A stretch of DNA of 64,000 nt from Eledone cirrhosa (GCA_964016885.1 OZ024740.1:118234001-118298000); one strand, 5' to 3'. Shown: positions 26,593 through 42,982, counted from the stretch's first letter. Numbers and translations: made by a program. Notes: a model not told the origin generated them from the letters alone.

Positions 26593-26900
26593 TCATTCAT
26601 TTCATTTTACGTCCGCTTTTTCCCTGCTTGCAAGGGTGGGACGGGAACTGATTCTGGCTTGATTTCTACAGCTGGATGCCTTTCCTAACACCAACCTCAT
26701 TTACAGTGAGTTCTGGGTGCTTTTTTGCCGTGGCACCTCCACGACCACTTTGCAGTGGAATGATATGGAACCCAGTCCCTATCATCTCATTTCTACAGCT
26801 GAGTAAACTGGAGCAATGTGAAATAAAGTGTTTTGCTCAAGGACACAACACATTACCCGGTCTGAGAATTGAACTCACAACCTTTCGATTGCAAGTCCAA
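26593..26900 (-). mobile_element. CORE-type SINE, head truncated
   Basis: Same family as 9856-10147. Confidence 0.85.
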
Positions 26901-26920
26901 TATATGTATATATACTCCTC

Positions 26921-28052
26921 TATGAATACACATGTACACATACATATACAAGCATGTGCACACATTTGTATCTGCTCACATGACACTCACATATCACATA
27001 CCACCAATCAGCTAGTCAATCAACCAGTCAGTTAATGACATTAAACAACTTCAAAAGACATAGTTTCAATGCAATGAATCAAAGATATTTTGTAAGGCGA
27101 GGCTATATATAAACATATGGCACAGTGTTTTGTGTGGACATATGCATGTATGCATTTGTATATCTTTATATTAAAATACATATGTGTTTTAAAGTGTCTG
27201 ATGTCGACAATTAGATTGTTAAATCCTAGGCTCTCCGTTCAAGACGCCCAACCTTACAATAGAGTCCAGCTGCATAAAGTCATTTGTTTCGTACAAAACA
27301 GAGTATTTATTGTAAAGACAGAGCATGAAAACCATGTAGATACATGAGCCATCCTTCATGAGACACACAGACGTAGAATAGTTCATTGTCACTTAATACG
27401 GGAAGCAGGGGGTGAACATTTGAACTATCAGACACACACACCAGTCACGTTCAGTCTTCTTCACATATTAGAAGGTGTTGTAGTTTGCTAGAAGTAGAAG
27501 TATTTTGTAAAATGTAGAAAATGGTATTTCATAAGAAGGTTACAGCAATAAGCATGAGGCATTAAATGATAAAAACTATATATCCAATCCCTCCTTTCTA
27601 TGGACCTATTGATAGATTAGAATTCAACAACCATTGGCTAACGTTGACATACTTAAAATCCTTCTTCATTCCATTTCAAAAAAAGATGCAAACATAGCTT
27701 ATATCAGAACATAGCTTAGATAGAACATATCACATCTATTCACCATTTCCAACATTGGAGAAAATAACCCACCACTTTCAAATTCAAAACTGGTGGCATA
27801 AGAACAATCAAAGTATCCAGTTCCAACATTGTCTCCATAAATATTCTTTTGATGAAATGATTTTATACTGACATATAAGGACTATTAAACAACTCAAAGA
27901 TAACATCCCAACATCTTTGTTACCAATATACTTTTAGCATTTGCATTGTTGTATCCTTCTAATAAAAGACTATTAAATATAGGTCCAACCCATACTAGCT
28001 GAGAAAACAGATATTAAATAATGATGACGTTGATAATGATGATGTATATATG

Positions 28053-28086
<34 letters not shown>

Positions 28087-28141
28087 CTTTTACTCTTTTA
28101 TCTGTACCAGCCATCTGGCTGAGGCCATGCTGGGGCACTGC

Positions 28142-28232
<91 letters not shown>

Positions 28233-28600
28233 TGTATATATGTATATGTATATATGTATAGATGTCTATGAAAAAGGCAAACAGAAATAACAAAGCAAAT
28301 GATTCTGTATGTTTATATATATATTTATGTATATGTGTACATATATTGTATGAATGCACATGTACACATACATATACACGTATGTGCACACATTTATATA
28401 TGCCACGTGACACTCACACATCACATACCACCAATCAGCCAATCAACCAACCAGTCAGTTAATAACATTAAACAACTTCAAAAGACATAGTTTCAATGCA
28501 ATGAAGCAAAGATATTTTGTAAGGAGAAGCTATATTTATAAATATGGTGTGTAGTGTTTTGTGAGGAGAAATGCATATGTATATGTGTTTGTGTATCTTT
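26921..28600 (+). repeat. Dispersed direct duplication of ~250 bp (26921-27170 and 28350-28600)
   Basis: Shared CACATACCACCAATCAGC..CAACCAGTCAGTTAAT..CAACTTCAAAAGACATAGTTTCAATGCAATGAA..GATATTTTGTAAGG. Confidence 0.85.
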
Positions 28601-29208
28601 ATATATATATCATTATATATATATATATATATGAAGTACAAAATCCAGAGAGGTCACCATAAAATGATATATTAATGCATATATAACTGCTGTACAGCAA
28701 ATACATATATATATATATACAGCAAATACAGCAGATATATATATATATATATATATGTAAGTTTAATTACACAACATATACTATCACACATTCAATGTAT
28801 TTTCAGAAACTGAGATATTCTAAAAAATGGGGATGCAGATATAAACCTTTGCAAATTATTACAGGTAAATATCATATTCAATATTTTGAAAGACAGAACG
28901 TTTAATAATTCATTTCTTATGTCTTTTCTATTTATGCCTATAGTATTACAAGAGTGTTTTCTACTTCCATGGTTTTTAGAATATCTGTTTCCGAAGATTC
29001 CTTGAAAAAGTGATAATAGAGATTCTATGCTTAAACTTATATTCTCTTTAAAACATATATTAATACATACATACATTTGCAAAACATTCTTGCAATTCAA
29101 GAGATGACAATTCCTTTTCTTTTACAGCCTTGACAACAGGAAGGTGGCCAGTAAATAATGTACTTGACATTAAGACAAAGAGAAAACATACATATATGTG
29201 TGTGCACA

Positions 29209-29314
<106 letters not shown>

Positions 29315-31339
29315 TATGCATGCGTATATTTTTCTAAATGTTTCTGTTTATATATATACTTCTTTGTATGCAGTTGTCTGTGTAAAAGTATATATGTTTA
29401 TATATGTATATATACATATATGTACAAGCCCGATTGCATTTTAAGTGTAAATATACGTGTTTAAATGTATGTCCTTTGTGTGTATTTAAGGGTATATCTT
29501 TGTTTTTGTTTGGTGATTTATATATCACAGGCAATAAGCAGACCGAAACGAAAGCCAAAATCAAAAACCAGAACTCAAGTTTCTCATAGAAGCAGGACTG
29601 ATATCATAATTAGTGACAGATATAAATTCTTGACAGGTCAGCAAATAGCAAAAGGATAGGTGAATTGAACAAGGATGCAAAGGTGCTGGGGAGTGTGAAG
29701 GTGTCTGTTTAAAAGTGAGAAAGGTTTGGCAGTGTGATCAGTGGTGGGAAACCAAAAAGATATTAAATTGCTTCCACATATATATATACATATGCGTGTG
29801 TGTGTGTGTGTGTGTATTTGTTTTATATAAATAAATAGATGTGAAGATAAAGACATGAAAATATATATATATATATATATACATAGATATATTGAAACAA
29901 AATGAAAACGAAATTTCATTTCTCACTCTTAGTATGGCACTTACTTAAATGCATACATAGATATAGGTTTTTACAAATAGCCTTATACTGCCATATATAG
30001 CTTGTAGCATAAAACCAGATGTTGTCTATAAGTGTGTGTGTATGTATATATATTCATTATCACCATTTAACAGATTTTCTCTGTGTTTAGATAAACAGAT
30101 TTTCATGTTATGAGGCTTGCTTATCTTAATGCCAACCCCAATACAGCATATACAGGATGAACTGGGTGCTTTTAAGTCTAGTATTAGCACAACCACCTGA
30201 CATGTTTGACTGGGGTTTTTCCTTGTGTTACTAATATGACCACTTCACAAGATGAACTGGGTGATTTTAATTGTTATGAAACCACAGCACAGTATAGACT
30301 GTTTATTTTTGTCAGGGTCTCATCATTGTGGGAGGTTAGATTTGGGGAATGTCCAGGTTTCCATCAGTGCAGGTTGTATAGACTGGAAGTCCCCCATCTT
30401 GAATCACTTCGGCTGGATGTCAAAAATAGCAAGTCATAATGATAGGAACGAATACTCCAAGCTTGCCTCCGCTACTCCTCTCTGCCTGGTAGTGGTTGTT
30501 ATAGTAGTAAAATAAGAATAAAATACATAAAGATAAATTAAAGTAAATTCAATTAAAGTATGATCAGAAACAAATATCTAAGGTTACAATATAATAAGAT
30601 ATAATGGGAAAATGAGAATGAAACATGATAAAAACTATTAAAATATTAAGAAATATAAGAATTACATAAAAAATAATGAATAAAAATTAGAAATAATGAA
30701 TAAAAATTAGAAAACAAACAGTGGATAACTTGTGATAATACATGAAGTAAATGAAAATGTACTTATAATAAATACAATAAATAAGCCTGAGATAGCACAC
30801 AAAGGTAACTAAACATAGATACAAATGTAAGTAAATATATTTAGAAATAAATAAAGAGAATGGAATGGGAAATTATTCATATAGTGAGGTGAAGATGGGG
30901 ATAAAAATATAGTTCATAGGGAGTTTTCTTACAGTTTGCTAGTTGGTGCTTAGCAGGGGTTAGGTTGTTTTTCCAAAAGTATCCCCATTTATGTGGATAG
31001 CTTCAGGTTAAATTCTGTAAAATGTTGTCTGCGGTAAGGGAACAATGTTACTTTGTCTGATCCACCAGTCTAGAGGGATAAAGTCTGTACTCTTGTAAGC
31101 TTTGTAGTCATATTGAAGTGGACTCTTTTTAGTCCAGTTTGTTGGTTAGTGTGCAGTGTACTGTGTGATTTGAGCAGAGCAGATGTAGCCATCTCTTATT
31201 TATTGTGTCAGCAAGGCATTCAACTTTAAAGGAGCATTTGTTTATCTTAATAGGAAGCTAATCCAATCAGGCATGTTCAAACCACACTCGAGATGGTTGT
31301 TTGTGATGCACTCAATGGCTAGTATAGATTTTACAAGCA

Positions 31340-31374
<35 letters not shown>

Positions 31375-31584
31375 AACAAAGTGTAGAAGTGGTCCAGTTT
31401 GGTTGTACAGAGAAGATGGAATATCAAGTAGAGAATAAAACAGTGAAGTCAGTAAGGAAGGCAAATGTATGGAAGATGTGATAGAATTGTCACAGCTAAG
31501 ATTGATGTCTGCTTCCATGTGGCACCCTTATTCTTCTTCCAGTGTTGTTTTCTCCATTTAGTCTGTAATTGGCTTCGAAGTTGT

Positions 31585-32407
31585 TGACTTTAAGACCTTT
31601 TGATTCAAAGCCATGCTTCCAGGTTTGGAATTTCTTCTCTAATTCAGCAATAGATTCAGCTATAAGAGTTAGATCATCTACATACTGGAATTCCCATGGG
31701 TAACCGGTTTTAAACCCTTTTGTTATAGCCTACAGGATGATAATAAACAGGAAAGGGCTAAAAAGTGAGTCCTGATGGACACCTACCTGAACACTAAATT
31801 CTTTGCTATAGTCATTGTTAATTCTGACCTTTCTGACTATTCCTCTATATGGCATGCACTGCCCTTACAAGTCACTCATCTACTCCTAGTTTTCTAAGAG
31901 CCCACCATATAATGGAATGGGGAGCTCTGTCAAAAGCTTTCTCCAGGTCTACAAAAGAGAAGTAGAGTGGTTTGCCTTTAGCTAGATACTTTTCCTGCAG
32001 TTATCTAAAACTGAAGAGAGCATCTGTGGTACTTTTGCCTGGCACAATTCCAAACTGCATCACATCTAGGTTAACTTGTTCCCTGATCAGCTGTGACCTT
32101 CATAACCTGGTCAACCAGCTTGATGCCTCTATAGTTTTCTTTGTCTAGAGCATCTCCTTTGCCCATGTAGCAGTTGCCAATGATATTGCTATGCCAGTCA
32201 TTGTGTATGGCACCATTTTGTTTTACCTGGTTTACAATGCAGGTGACTATAGTATGACCCATCATTCCTGATACTTTCAGCATCTCTGAGGTCCCTGCCT
32301 GTCTTCATATCCTTGATTGCCTTACTTACTATACTACTGCTGACTTGTACAGCCAGTTCCTCTGTTGGGTTGACTTGGGGCAAACTATTTTCATCCCATG
32401 CATTCTC

Positions 32408-32410
<3 letters not shown>
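31585..32410 (-). mobile_element. Degenerate RTE LINE RT fragment, same superfamily as 38040-39990
   Basis: GKGDALDKENYRGIKLVDQVMKV and DLEKAFD-like motifs with many stops. Confidence 0.85.
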
Positions 32411-32473
<63 letters not shown>

Positions 32474-32717
32474 AATATAATTTCAGCAAGATCGTATTTC
32501 AGCTGTGGCCAAAAACAAAGCGAAACGCAATTTTCGAGATATGCAGCAACTGCTCAATGGACTAAAAGAAGACCAGAGCAATTAACATACATTATAGAAG
32601 CCAGACAAAATGAAAATGGTGGTCGTGAAGCTATCAGCCACCGGAGCCAAAAAAACGAAGCAAGGTAAACAGGTTATATATATGTATATATATATGCATA
32701 TGTATATATGCATATAT

Positions 32718-33064
32718 ATCATCATCATCATCATCATTTCATTTTACGTCCGATTTTCCCTGCTTGCAAAGGTGGGACGGGAACTGATTCTGGTTTGATT
32801 TCTACAGCTGGATGCCCTTCCTAACACCAACCTCATTTACAGTGAGTGCTGGGTGCTTTTTTGCCGTGGCACCTCCACGACCACTTTGCAGTGGAATGAT
32901 AGGGACCCCAGTCCCTATCATCTCATTTCTACAGCTGAGTAAACTGGAGCAATGTGAAATAAAGTGTCTTGCACAAGGAAACAACACATCACCCGGTCTG
33001 AGAATTGAACTCACAACCTTTCGATTGCAAGGCCAATGTTTTAACCACTAAGCCATGTGCCCTC
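32718..33064 (-). mobile_element. Full-length CORE-type SINE
   Basis: Head GAGGGCACATGGCTTAGTGGTTA, B box GAGTTCAATTCTC, CORE-like block, RTE-like tail with (ATG)n. Confidence 0.9.
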
Positions 33065-33067
33065 ATA

Positions 33068-35382
<2,315 letters not shown>

Positions 35383-35416
35383 TATATATATATACACAAC
35401 AGGAGGAAAATATAAC

Positions 35417-35466
35417 ACCACTGACGATGTTGCAGATGTGCAACGAAAGATTTATGTAAATTATGT
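35417..35466 (+). ncRNA. Hammerhead-like motif with degenerate cleavage site
   Basis: CCA-CTGACGA-T GTTGCA GATG TGCAAC-GAAA-GATTTA TG TAAATT-ATG. Stem II is a perfect 6 bp. Confidence 0.5.
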
Positions 35467-35668
35467 AAACTATATATATATGTGTTTGTGTCTATATTGT
35501 ATCTGTATTATTTTTGACCGTCGGTCAGTCAATGGCAACATTGAGGACCGAGTAAGCTAGATTACAGATATAAAAGACAGCGGGAAGCGAAAACCAACCA
35601 AGAAGTGAGTGTGTTCTGTTATTAATTCTGGCAATATTACACAAATATGACCCTCCCCAAGTATAACA

Positions 35669-35738
<70 letters not shown>

Positions 35739-35799
35739 GTGTGTATGTATGTGTGTATGTATGTGTGTATGTAAGTATGTATGTATGTATATATGTATA

Positions 35800-35858
<59 letters not shown>

Positions 35859-35934
35859 AAGAGAAATAGAAAATGCACCTAGAGTCATTTTAAGAATATT
35901 TATATGTTTCTTTTACCCGTTTAATAGTTCTTAT

Positions 35935-36440
35935 GTTTTTCAAAAGTAGATTGTGAGGGATTGAGAAGCAGGTTATATGATGCCTGTGTGAGATGTGCGA
36001 TGCTGCGTGGTAGTGAGACATGGGAAGCAGCTGCAGGGGATATGCGACGGCTGGAGAGCAATGAAGCAAGCATGCTCTGTTGGATGTACAATGTCAATGC
36101 GCGTGAATGACCAAGCGTAGATAAGTTGAGATAGAAACTGTGTATAAGAGGGATAAGCTGTAGTGAGAGGGAGAGAAGACTGCAATGGTATGGACATGTG
36201 ATGTGCATGGAGGATGACCGCTGAGTAAAGAAGTGCCAAGAAATCCCAGTTGAAGGAAGACGCAGTAGAGGAAGATTATGAAAAACATGCGCGGAGATGG
36301 TGTGAGCAGACCTCAGATCACTGAAGTTCACAGAGGAGACGACGAAGGACTGTGACAAATAGAGATGCTGAATAGGACCTGTCCCACCCTTACAAGCAGG
36401 GAAAAGCGGATGTAAAATGTTGATGAGGATGATGATGATT
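35935..36440 (+). mobile_element. Degenerate RTE LINE 3' end
   Basis: RLYDAC..MLRGSETW..RRLESNEASML..RRLQWYGHV. Ends CCCACCCTTACAAGCAGGGAAAAGCGGATGTAAAATG followed by a (ATG)n-like tail. Confidence 0.85.
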
Positions 36441-36457
36441 ATGCTATACACATATAC

Positions 36458-36732
36458 TATTAATATATAAGAGAACAAAGAATAAGTATTGCATCATATA
36501 CATATGTAATTACATATTACAGGTTTTAGTGTCGATCAGCTAGTGTAATGATCTATTACTGATTGAACGTGACTCTGAAATTGGGGAGCTCGTTAGTTAT
36601 GTTTTAACATGTGAGTCAGGTTCTATCATTAATAGATTGTTCCTCGAGCTGATCAACAGTGAAATATATGTAATATGTAATTAAATATGTATTTGATGCA
36701 AAACTGATTCTTTGTTTTCTTACATATTAATA
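36458..36732. repeat. ~275-bp imperfect hairpin (diverged inverted repeat)
   Basis: Outer arms 36458-36521/36669-36732 and inner arms 36531-36575/36614-36658 are reverse complements with mismatches. Confidence 0.85.
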
Positions 36733-36829
36733 CTATTGATACTCTGCTCCCCAAGAGCATTGAATGCTCATTCGGCATACTGCCTATGAATGCAATTAAC
36801 TTGCACCTTAACACCCATATGTACATATA

Positions 36830-37171
36830 TCATCATCATCAACATCATCATTTCATTTTACGTCCACTTTTCCCTGCTTGCAAGGGTGGGAGGGGAACTG
36901 ATTCTGACTTGATTTCTACAGCTGGATGCCCTTCCTAACACCAACCTCATTTACAGTGAGTGGTGGGTGCTTTTTTGCCGTGGTACCTCCACAACCACTT
37001 TACAGTGGAATGATAGGGATCCCAGTCCCTATCATCTCATTGCTACAGCTGAGTAAACTGGAGCAATGTGAAATAAAGTGTCTTGCTCAAGGACACAACA
37101 CATCACCCGGTCTGAGAATTGAACTCACAACCTTTCGATTGCAAGGCCACTGTTCTAACCACTAAGCCATG
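36830..37171 (-). mobile_element. CORE-type SINE
   Basis: Same family as 32718-33064. Confidence 0.9.
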
Positions 37172-37874
37172 AGAGAGAGAGGGAGAGAAAGAGAGTGAGA
37201 CATTAAATGGTGATGAAGATATATATATATATGTGTATGTATGAAGTTTTCAACTTAATTTATAATTACCATATATATATGCGTGTGTGAGAATATAAAG
37301 CTGATAACCACTTTCATGATGGTTTAGTAATCTAAAGTCACAAATTATGAATTCCAGTATCAGTATGGTGATTCAAATCAGAATAAACCATATATTTATG
37401 CAGATAATCAAAATATCCATAATGAAATTCAGTTTGTCACATTAAGTCATAAACAATACTAGAAAAACAATTGAAAAGTCAAAATATATGGTAGTATTTC
37501 AGATAAGTTAATAATACAGATCAAATTTGTTCAATATAGAAAATAATATTATATTTATGCTAATAGATTATATAATGTTACATAGTGTCTTGTTGAAGGA
37601 TAGCCAACTAAATCTGGAAAATTTAAGCTAAACAGGAAACGGTTTCCTTTTTTGATTAGGTTTGGCTGCTTATATGAATATGGATAATATTGTTCTATCG
37701 ACAAATATTACTGTTACAAACAACATCGTTATTCAGATAAGTTGCACCATCTGAAATCTATATGTGCAGCCAACAATAACTTGTTCAGATTTAAATAGCA
37801 GAATCTCCTTTAAATAAAACCCTACTTTTTTTAAAAACAGAATATACAGAGTGTCCCAAAGGTTACAAGACAAT

Positions 37875-37905
<31 letters not shown>

Positions 37906-37934
37906 TATAGTAATAATAATAATAGTAATAATAA

Positions 37935-38025
37935 TAATTGTTTCTACTTTTTGGCACAAGGCCAGCAATTACCCAGTGCATTACTGGTACTTTATTTTAT
38001 CGACCCCGTAAGGATGAAAGGCAAA
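37935..38025 (-). mobile_element. Nin/Deu-like SINE 3' half
   Basis: TTTGCCTTTCATCCTTACGGGGTCGATAAAATAAAGTACCAG..GTAGAAACAATTATT on the minus strand. Confidence 0.85.
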
Positions 38026-38039
38026 ATAATAATAATAAT

Positions 38040-39988
38040 ATCATCATCATCATCATCATCATCACCGTTTTACGTCCGTTCTTCCACGCTAGCATGGGTT
38101 AGACGGGTTGTCCTGTTGTGGGCAGTGTCTGGTCGGCTGACCATGCCTTGCTCATACAGGAACTGATCTGGCTTGATTTCTACAGCTGGATGCCCTTCCT
38201 AACACCAACCTCATTTACAGTGAGTGCTGGGTGCTTTTTCGTGGCGCCTACACGTCCACTTTACAGTGTGGGCTGGGTGCTTTTTTGCCGTGGCACCTCC
38301 ACGACCACCTTGCGGTGGGGGGGGGGGGCATATTGTTTATATGCTTCAGCATGTACCCATGGGAGGTCGGGTACCCTGTATTACTGCGTGACGCCAGAAG
38401 TCACGGTCGTGTGTCATTGACTTTGAGAGGTGTAGTTGGGTAAGGTCGGCTTTTATCACCTCATCCCAAGTCATCTTGGGTCTCCCCACTCCGCGGTTTC
38501 CATCAACTTCTAGTGCTCTGCACCTTTTTATGCAGCTGTCATCCTTCATACGCATCACATGTCCATACCAGCGTAACCGCCTCTCCTGCACGCAGCATTT
38601 GATTCCTCTTATGCTCAGTCTCTCTCTCAATTCATTTATGCTTTGTCGTTCACGTATATTACTGTTACACATCCATCGGAGCATGCAGGCTTCGTTTCTC
38701 TCTAATCTACGTAAGTCTTCCACCTTCAGCGCCCAGGTCTCACTACCATGCAACATCGCTGTTCGGATACACGCATCATACAGTCTGCCTTTCATTCTGA
38801 GGGAGAAGCCTTTTGCAGCTAGCAGTGGTAGTAGTTCCCTAAACTTCTTCCATCCCGTTCTTACCCTAGTTATTGTACTTTCTGAGCACCCACCTCCGTT
38901 GCTAATTCGGTCACCTAGGTAGCAGAAGCTGTCTACTGTTTCTACAGGGCCCTCCCAGAGATTGGTGGTACTTGTTTCCTGTGGCTGTTTGCTTGCTGTT
39001 TCAGCACAGCTGCTGCATGTGAATCCTACATTCTTAATTAAGCTTCCTGAGATCCCGCTACATCTCTTGTGTACCCATTGTTTGCATTTGGGGCAGAGAA
39101 TGGAGTTCCTACCTACACCTTTCCTACATACTGAGCAAGGCCATTTCCCTGAGGGGATCTGGGTTCTGTTTTCTCGTCTACTTATAAGGACCTTAGTCTT
39201 TGTCATGTTGACTTTGAGGCCCTTTCTCTCTAGTCCCTGCTTCCAGGTTTGGAATTTATTCTCTAGTTCTACCATAGATTCAGCTATGAGTGCGAGGTCA
39301 TCAGCATACAGGAGTTCCCATGGGCATCCGGTCTTAAACTCCTCCGTTATTGCCTGCAGGACTATGATGAACAGGAGAGGGCTAAGAACAGAGCCCTGGT
39401 GGACCCCAACCTGTACGCTAAATTCCTCGCTATACTCATTGCCAATCCTAACTTTGCTGACTGCTCCCCTATACATGGCTTGTACCGCTTTCACAAGCCA
39501 TTCATCTACTCCTAGTTTTCTAAGAGCCCACCAGATTACTGCACGTGGAACTCTGTCAAAGGCTTTCTCAAGGTCGACAAATGCCAAGTAGAGTGGCTTA
39601 CTTTTAGCTAGGTACTTTTCCTGTAATTGCCTCACAAGGAAGAGCGCATCAGTGGTGCCTTTCCCTGGAACAAACCCAAATTGCATCTCGTCTATATTCA
39701 CCCGGTCCCTAATCAGCTGTGCTATAACTCTTTCTGTTACTTTCATGACCTGGTCCATCAACTTTATACCTCTATAGTTTCCTCTATCTAGTGCATCGCC
39801 TTTACCTTTGTAGCAGTTGACAATGATGCTACTGCACCAATCTTTTGGTATGGCCCCCTCTAGTATTACCTGGTTAACGATACGTGTGGTTATAGTGTGA
39901 CCTACAGACCCAGATGCCTTCAGCATCTCGGCAGCTATACCCGATGGACCGGTTGCCTTCCCTATCTTCATATCTCTTCCCTATCTTC

Positions 39989-39990
<2 letters not shown>
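38040..39990 (-). mobile_element. 5'-truncated RTE LINE with open RT-PHD frame, 3' UTR and (ATG)n tail
   Basis: Contains ORF 38346..39971; the 5' junction is in (TA)n. Confidence 0.95.
38346..39971 (-). CDS. RTE-clade reverse transcriptase with embedded PHD finger (APE endonuclease lost by truncation)
   Basis: 541 aa with no stops: [39 protein letters not shown]4HC3 finger, [21 protein letters not shown]. Confidence 0.9.
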   Translation of the reverse strand: MKIGKATGPSGIAAEMLKASGSVGHTITTRIVNQVILEGAIPKDWCSSIIVNCYKGKGDALDRGNYRGIKLMDQVMKVTERVIAQLIRDRVNIDEMQFGFVPGKGTTDALFLVRQLQEKYLAKSKPLYLAFVDLEKAFDRVPRAVIWWALRKLGVDEWLVKAVQAMYRGAVSKVRIGNEYSEEFSVQVGVHQGSVLSPLLFIIVLQAITEEFKTGCPWELLYADDLALIAESMVELENKFQTWKQGLERKGLKVNMTKTKVLISRRENRTQIPSGKWPCSVCRKGVGRNSILCPKCKQWVHKRCSGISGSLIKNVGFTCSSCAETASKQPQETSTTNLWEGPVETVDSFCYLGDRISNGGGCSESTITRVRTGWKKFRELLPLLAAKGFSLRMKGRLYDACIRTAMLHGSETWALKVEDLRRLERNEACMLRWMCNSNIRERQSINELRERLSIRGIKCCVQERRLRWYGHVMRMKDDSCIKRCRALEVDGNRGVGRPKMTWDEVIKADLTQLHLSKSMTHDRDFWRHAVIQGTRPPMGTC

Positions 39991-40022
<32 letters not shown>

Positions 40023-40027
40023 GTATA

Positions 40028-40109
<82 letters not shown>

Positions 40110-40169
40110 AGCGTGGAAGATGGACGTTAAACGATGATGATGATGATGTATATATATATATATATATAT

Positions 40170-42765
40170 ATCATCATCATCATCATCAACGTTTAACGTC
40201 CGTGTTCCACGCTTGCATGGGTTTGGACGGGGGTTTTCCCACTTGAGGCAAGAATGATTGTCTTGCTCGCATAGGACTGTCTGGCAGGTTTTCTACAGTT
40301 GGATGCTCTTCCTAACACCAACCACATTTACAGTGTGGGTCTGGCAGGTTTTTACCGTGTTGCCTACATGGCCACATTACAGCGTGGACTGTGTGTTTTT
40401 TTGTCGTGACACCTACACGATCTCATTTGTTTCGGCCTGGATGGTGTGGCACCAACATAATTTTACATAGAAGGGGGCGGTGTGGATGGGGTGGGGGTGT
40501 ATTTTGTTAGAGATGCCTACTGACTGTAGTAGGTTTTACTATGTATTTAGGTAAGGCGGGTCTTCTCTATTACTGAGTACCGCCAAAGGTCTCGGTCCAG
40601 TGACATTGTCTTGGAGAGGTGTAAGTGTGTGAGGTCGGAGTTTATCAGCTCGTCCCAGGTTTTTCTGGGTCTGCCTATTCCGTGGCTACCGTCTATCTTT
40701 ATTGCCCTGCACTTTGTTATACAGCTATCGTCTTTCATGCGCATCACGTGTCCATACCAACGTAGCCTTCTCTCGAGTAAACAACATCTGATCCCTCTTA
40801 TTTCTAATTTTTTCCTTAGTTCGTTTATGCTTTGCCGTTCACGTATATTACTATTACACATCCAGCGGAGCATGCAAGCTTCGTTCCTCTCTAGTCTGCG
40901 TATATCCTCTGCACACAATGCCCAGGTCTCACTGCCATGCAACATTGCTGTTCGTATGCAGGCATCATACAACCTGCCTTTCATTTTTAGGGAGAACCCT
41001 TTAGCGGCTAATAGTGGTATAAGCTCTCTGAACTTTTTCCATCCAGTTCTGACTCTAGCTACTGTACTTTCAGAGCACCCTCCCCCACTGCTGATTTTGT
41101 CACCCAGGTAACGGAAGCTGTCCTCTATTTCTATAGAGCCCTCTGTGCAGTTGAAAGAGCTAGTATTTTGTGGGCACTTGCTGCTACTTATTGCACCAGA
41201 GCACCAGCCACATGTGAAATCTATGTTCTTAGTTAGCTTACCTGTGATCCCACTACATCTTTTATGCACCCATACTTTACATTTCGGACACAAAATGGAG
41301 TTTCTACCTACGCCTTTCCTACACACTGAGCATGGCCACTTCCCGGAAGGGACGACCGCCTTATTTTCTTTCCCACAAACTAGAACTTTGGTCTTAGCCA
41401 GGTTAATTTTAAGGCCTTTTGATTCTAGGCCGTGCTTCCATGTTTGGAATTTCTTCTCTAGCTCGGTCATTGATTCAGCTATGAGTGTTAGGTCATCTGC
41501 GTATAGGAGTTCCCCTGGGCAGCCGGTCTTGAACTCCTCTGTTATAGCCTGAAGGGCAATAATAAATAGTAGGGGGCTGAGAACAGAGCCCTGATGGACG
41601 CCAACTTTTACGCTAAACTCTTCACTATATTCGTTGTTAATTCTAACCTTGCTGACTGTTTCTTTATACATGGCTTGTATAGCTCTCACAAGCCATTCGT
41701 CAACACCTAGTTTTCTAAGAGCCCACCAGATAATGGAATGGGGAAGTCTGTCGAAGGCTTTCTCCAAGTCGACAAAAGCTAAGTATAGGCGTTTACCTTT
41801 AGCTAGGTACTGCTCCTGTAGTTGTCGTACAATGAAAAGAGCGTCTGTGGTACTTTTGCCTGACACAAACCCGAACTGCATTTCATCGAGGTCAATTCTC
41901 TCTCTGATTAGTTGCGCTATTACTTTTTCCATGACCTTCATCACCTGGTCGATTAATTTAATGCCTCTATAGTTACTCCTATCTAGGGCATCTCCTTTAC
42001 CCTTATAACAGTTAACGATGATGCTGCTACGCCAGTCCTTCGGAACAACCCCATTCTGTACGACTTGGTTAACTATCCGGGTGACCATGGTGTGTCCCAC
42101 CGTGCCAGATGCCTTCAGCATCTCAGCAACTATTTCCGAAGGCCCAGGTTGCCTTACCTGTCTTCATATCCTTGATTGCCTTACTTATTATACTACCCTC
42201 GACTAACACTACTGGTCCCTCTATTGGGTCGATGTGGGGGAGACTGTCTTTCTCCCATTTATTCTCCTCATTTAGTAGCCTTTCATAGTGACACTTCCAA
42301 GCTACCTTCTCATCAGCGTCGGTGATGGCAAGTACGCCGTCATCATTAAGTACACATTTCTCCCCGACAATATCACTGTTTTCCTTGACACATTGCCTAG
42401 CAATCCTGAACACCTCACGTTTTTGGTCCTCGCGTTGTAGAACATGCTTGAACTTTCTTTCCTCTGCTTCCCTTCTTGCGAAGAACACTTGTCTCCTAGC
42501 TTCCCTCCTGGCCACTTGATAGTCTTCTCTACTTCCCCCATCCCGCCATACTTTCCAAGCCTGCTTTTTGGCCTTAATTGACCCCTCCACCTGACTGTTC
42601 CACCACCATGTTACTCTCCTCCTGCCTACAGGCCTGCTCCAGCCACAGACTCCGTCTGCCGCCATCATCAGGTTTGCTTTCAGGAATTCCCACTGCTCCT
42701 CTATATTGTACGACTCTAATTGCTCTTCCTTACTGTCGAAAGCATCAAGTAGTATGCTTTTAAAT
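40170..42765 (-). mobile_element. 5'-truncated RTE LINE of a second subfamily with RT-PHD; one frameshift near 42150
   Basis: ORF 42123..42668 (TWWWN linker) and ORF 40547..42121 (RT, YADD, PHD); 3' UTR with GGTGTTAGGAAGAGCATCC and (ATG)n tail. Confidence 0.95.
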
Positions 42766-42982
42766 TTATATGTGTATGTTTAATGGTAGCTATGATGCTT
42801 CAGTAGGCGGTATGCCAGTTGTGCACTCTATGTTCTTACAGAGCAGTGTGTGATATAATATAAAACGAAAAACCAGTGATGCATCTGGACTCAATTTATT
42901 GTGTGTTACAATTGTTTCGTCAGCAGTGTATATGAGAGTGTGTGTGTATATGTATAAGGGTGTGTATATGTACATGTGTGTG

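Noticed and set aside
28807-28864. Possible host exon (tattttcag / CAG-gtaaat; KLRYSKKWGCRYKPLQIIT)
   Set aside because: Splice-like signals occur often by chance in AT-rich DNA; there is no recognisable protein or partner exon. It would need RNA-seq support.
38476-42519. Plus-strand ORFs of 110-210 aa opposite the RTE genes
   Set aside because: Antisense shadows of the RT reading frame with no recognisable motifs.
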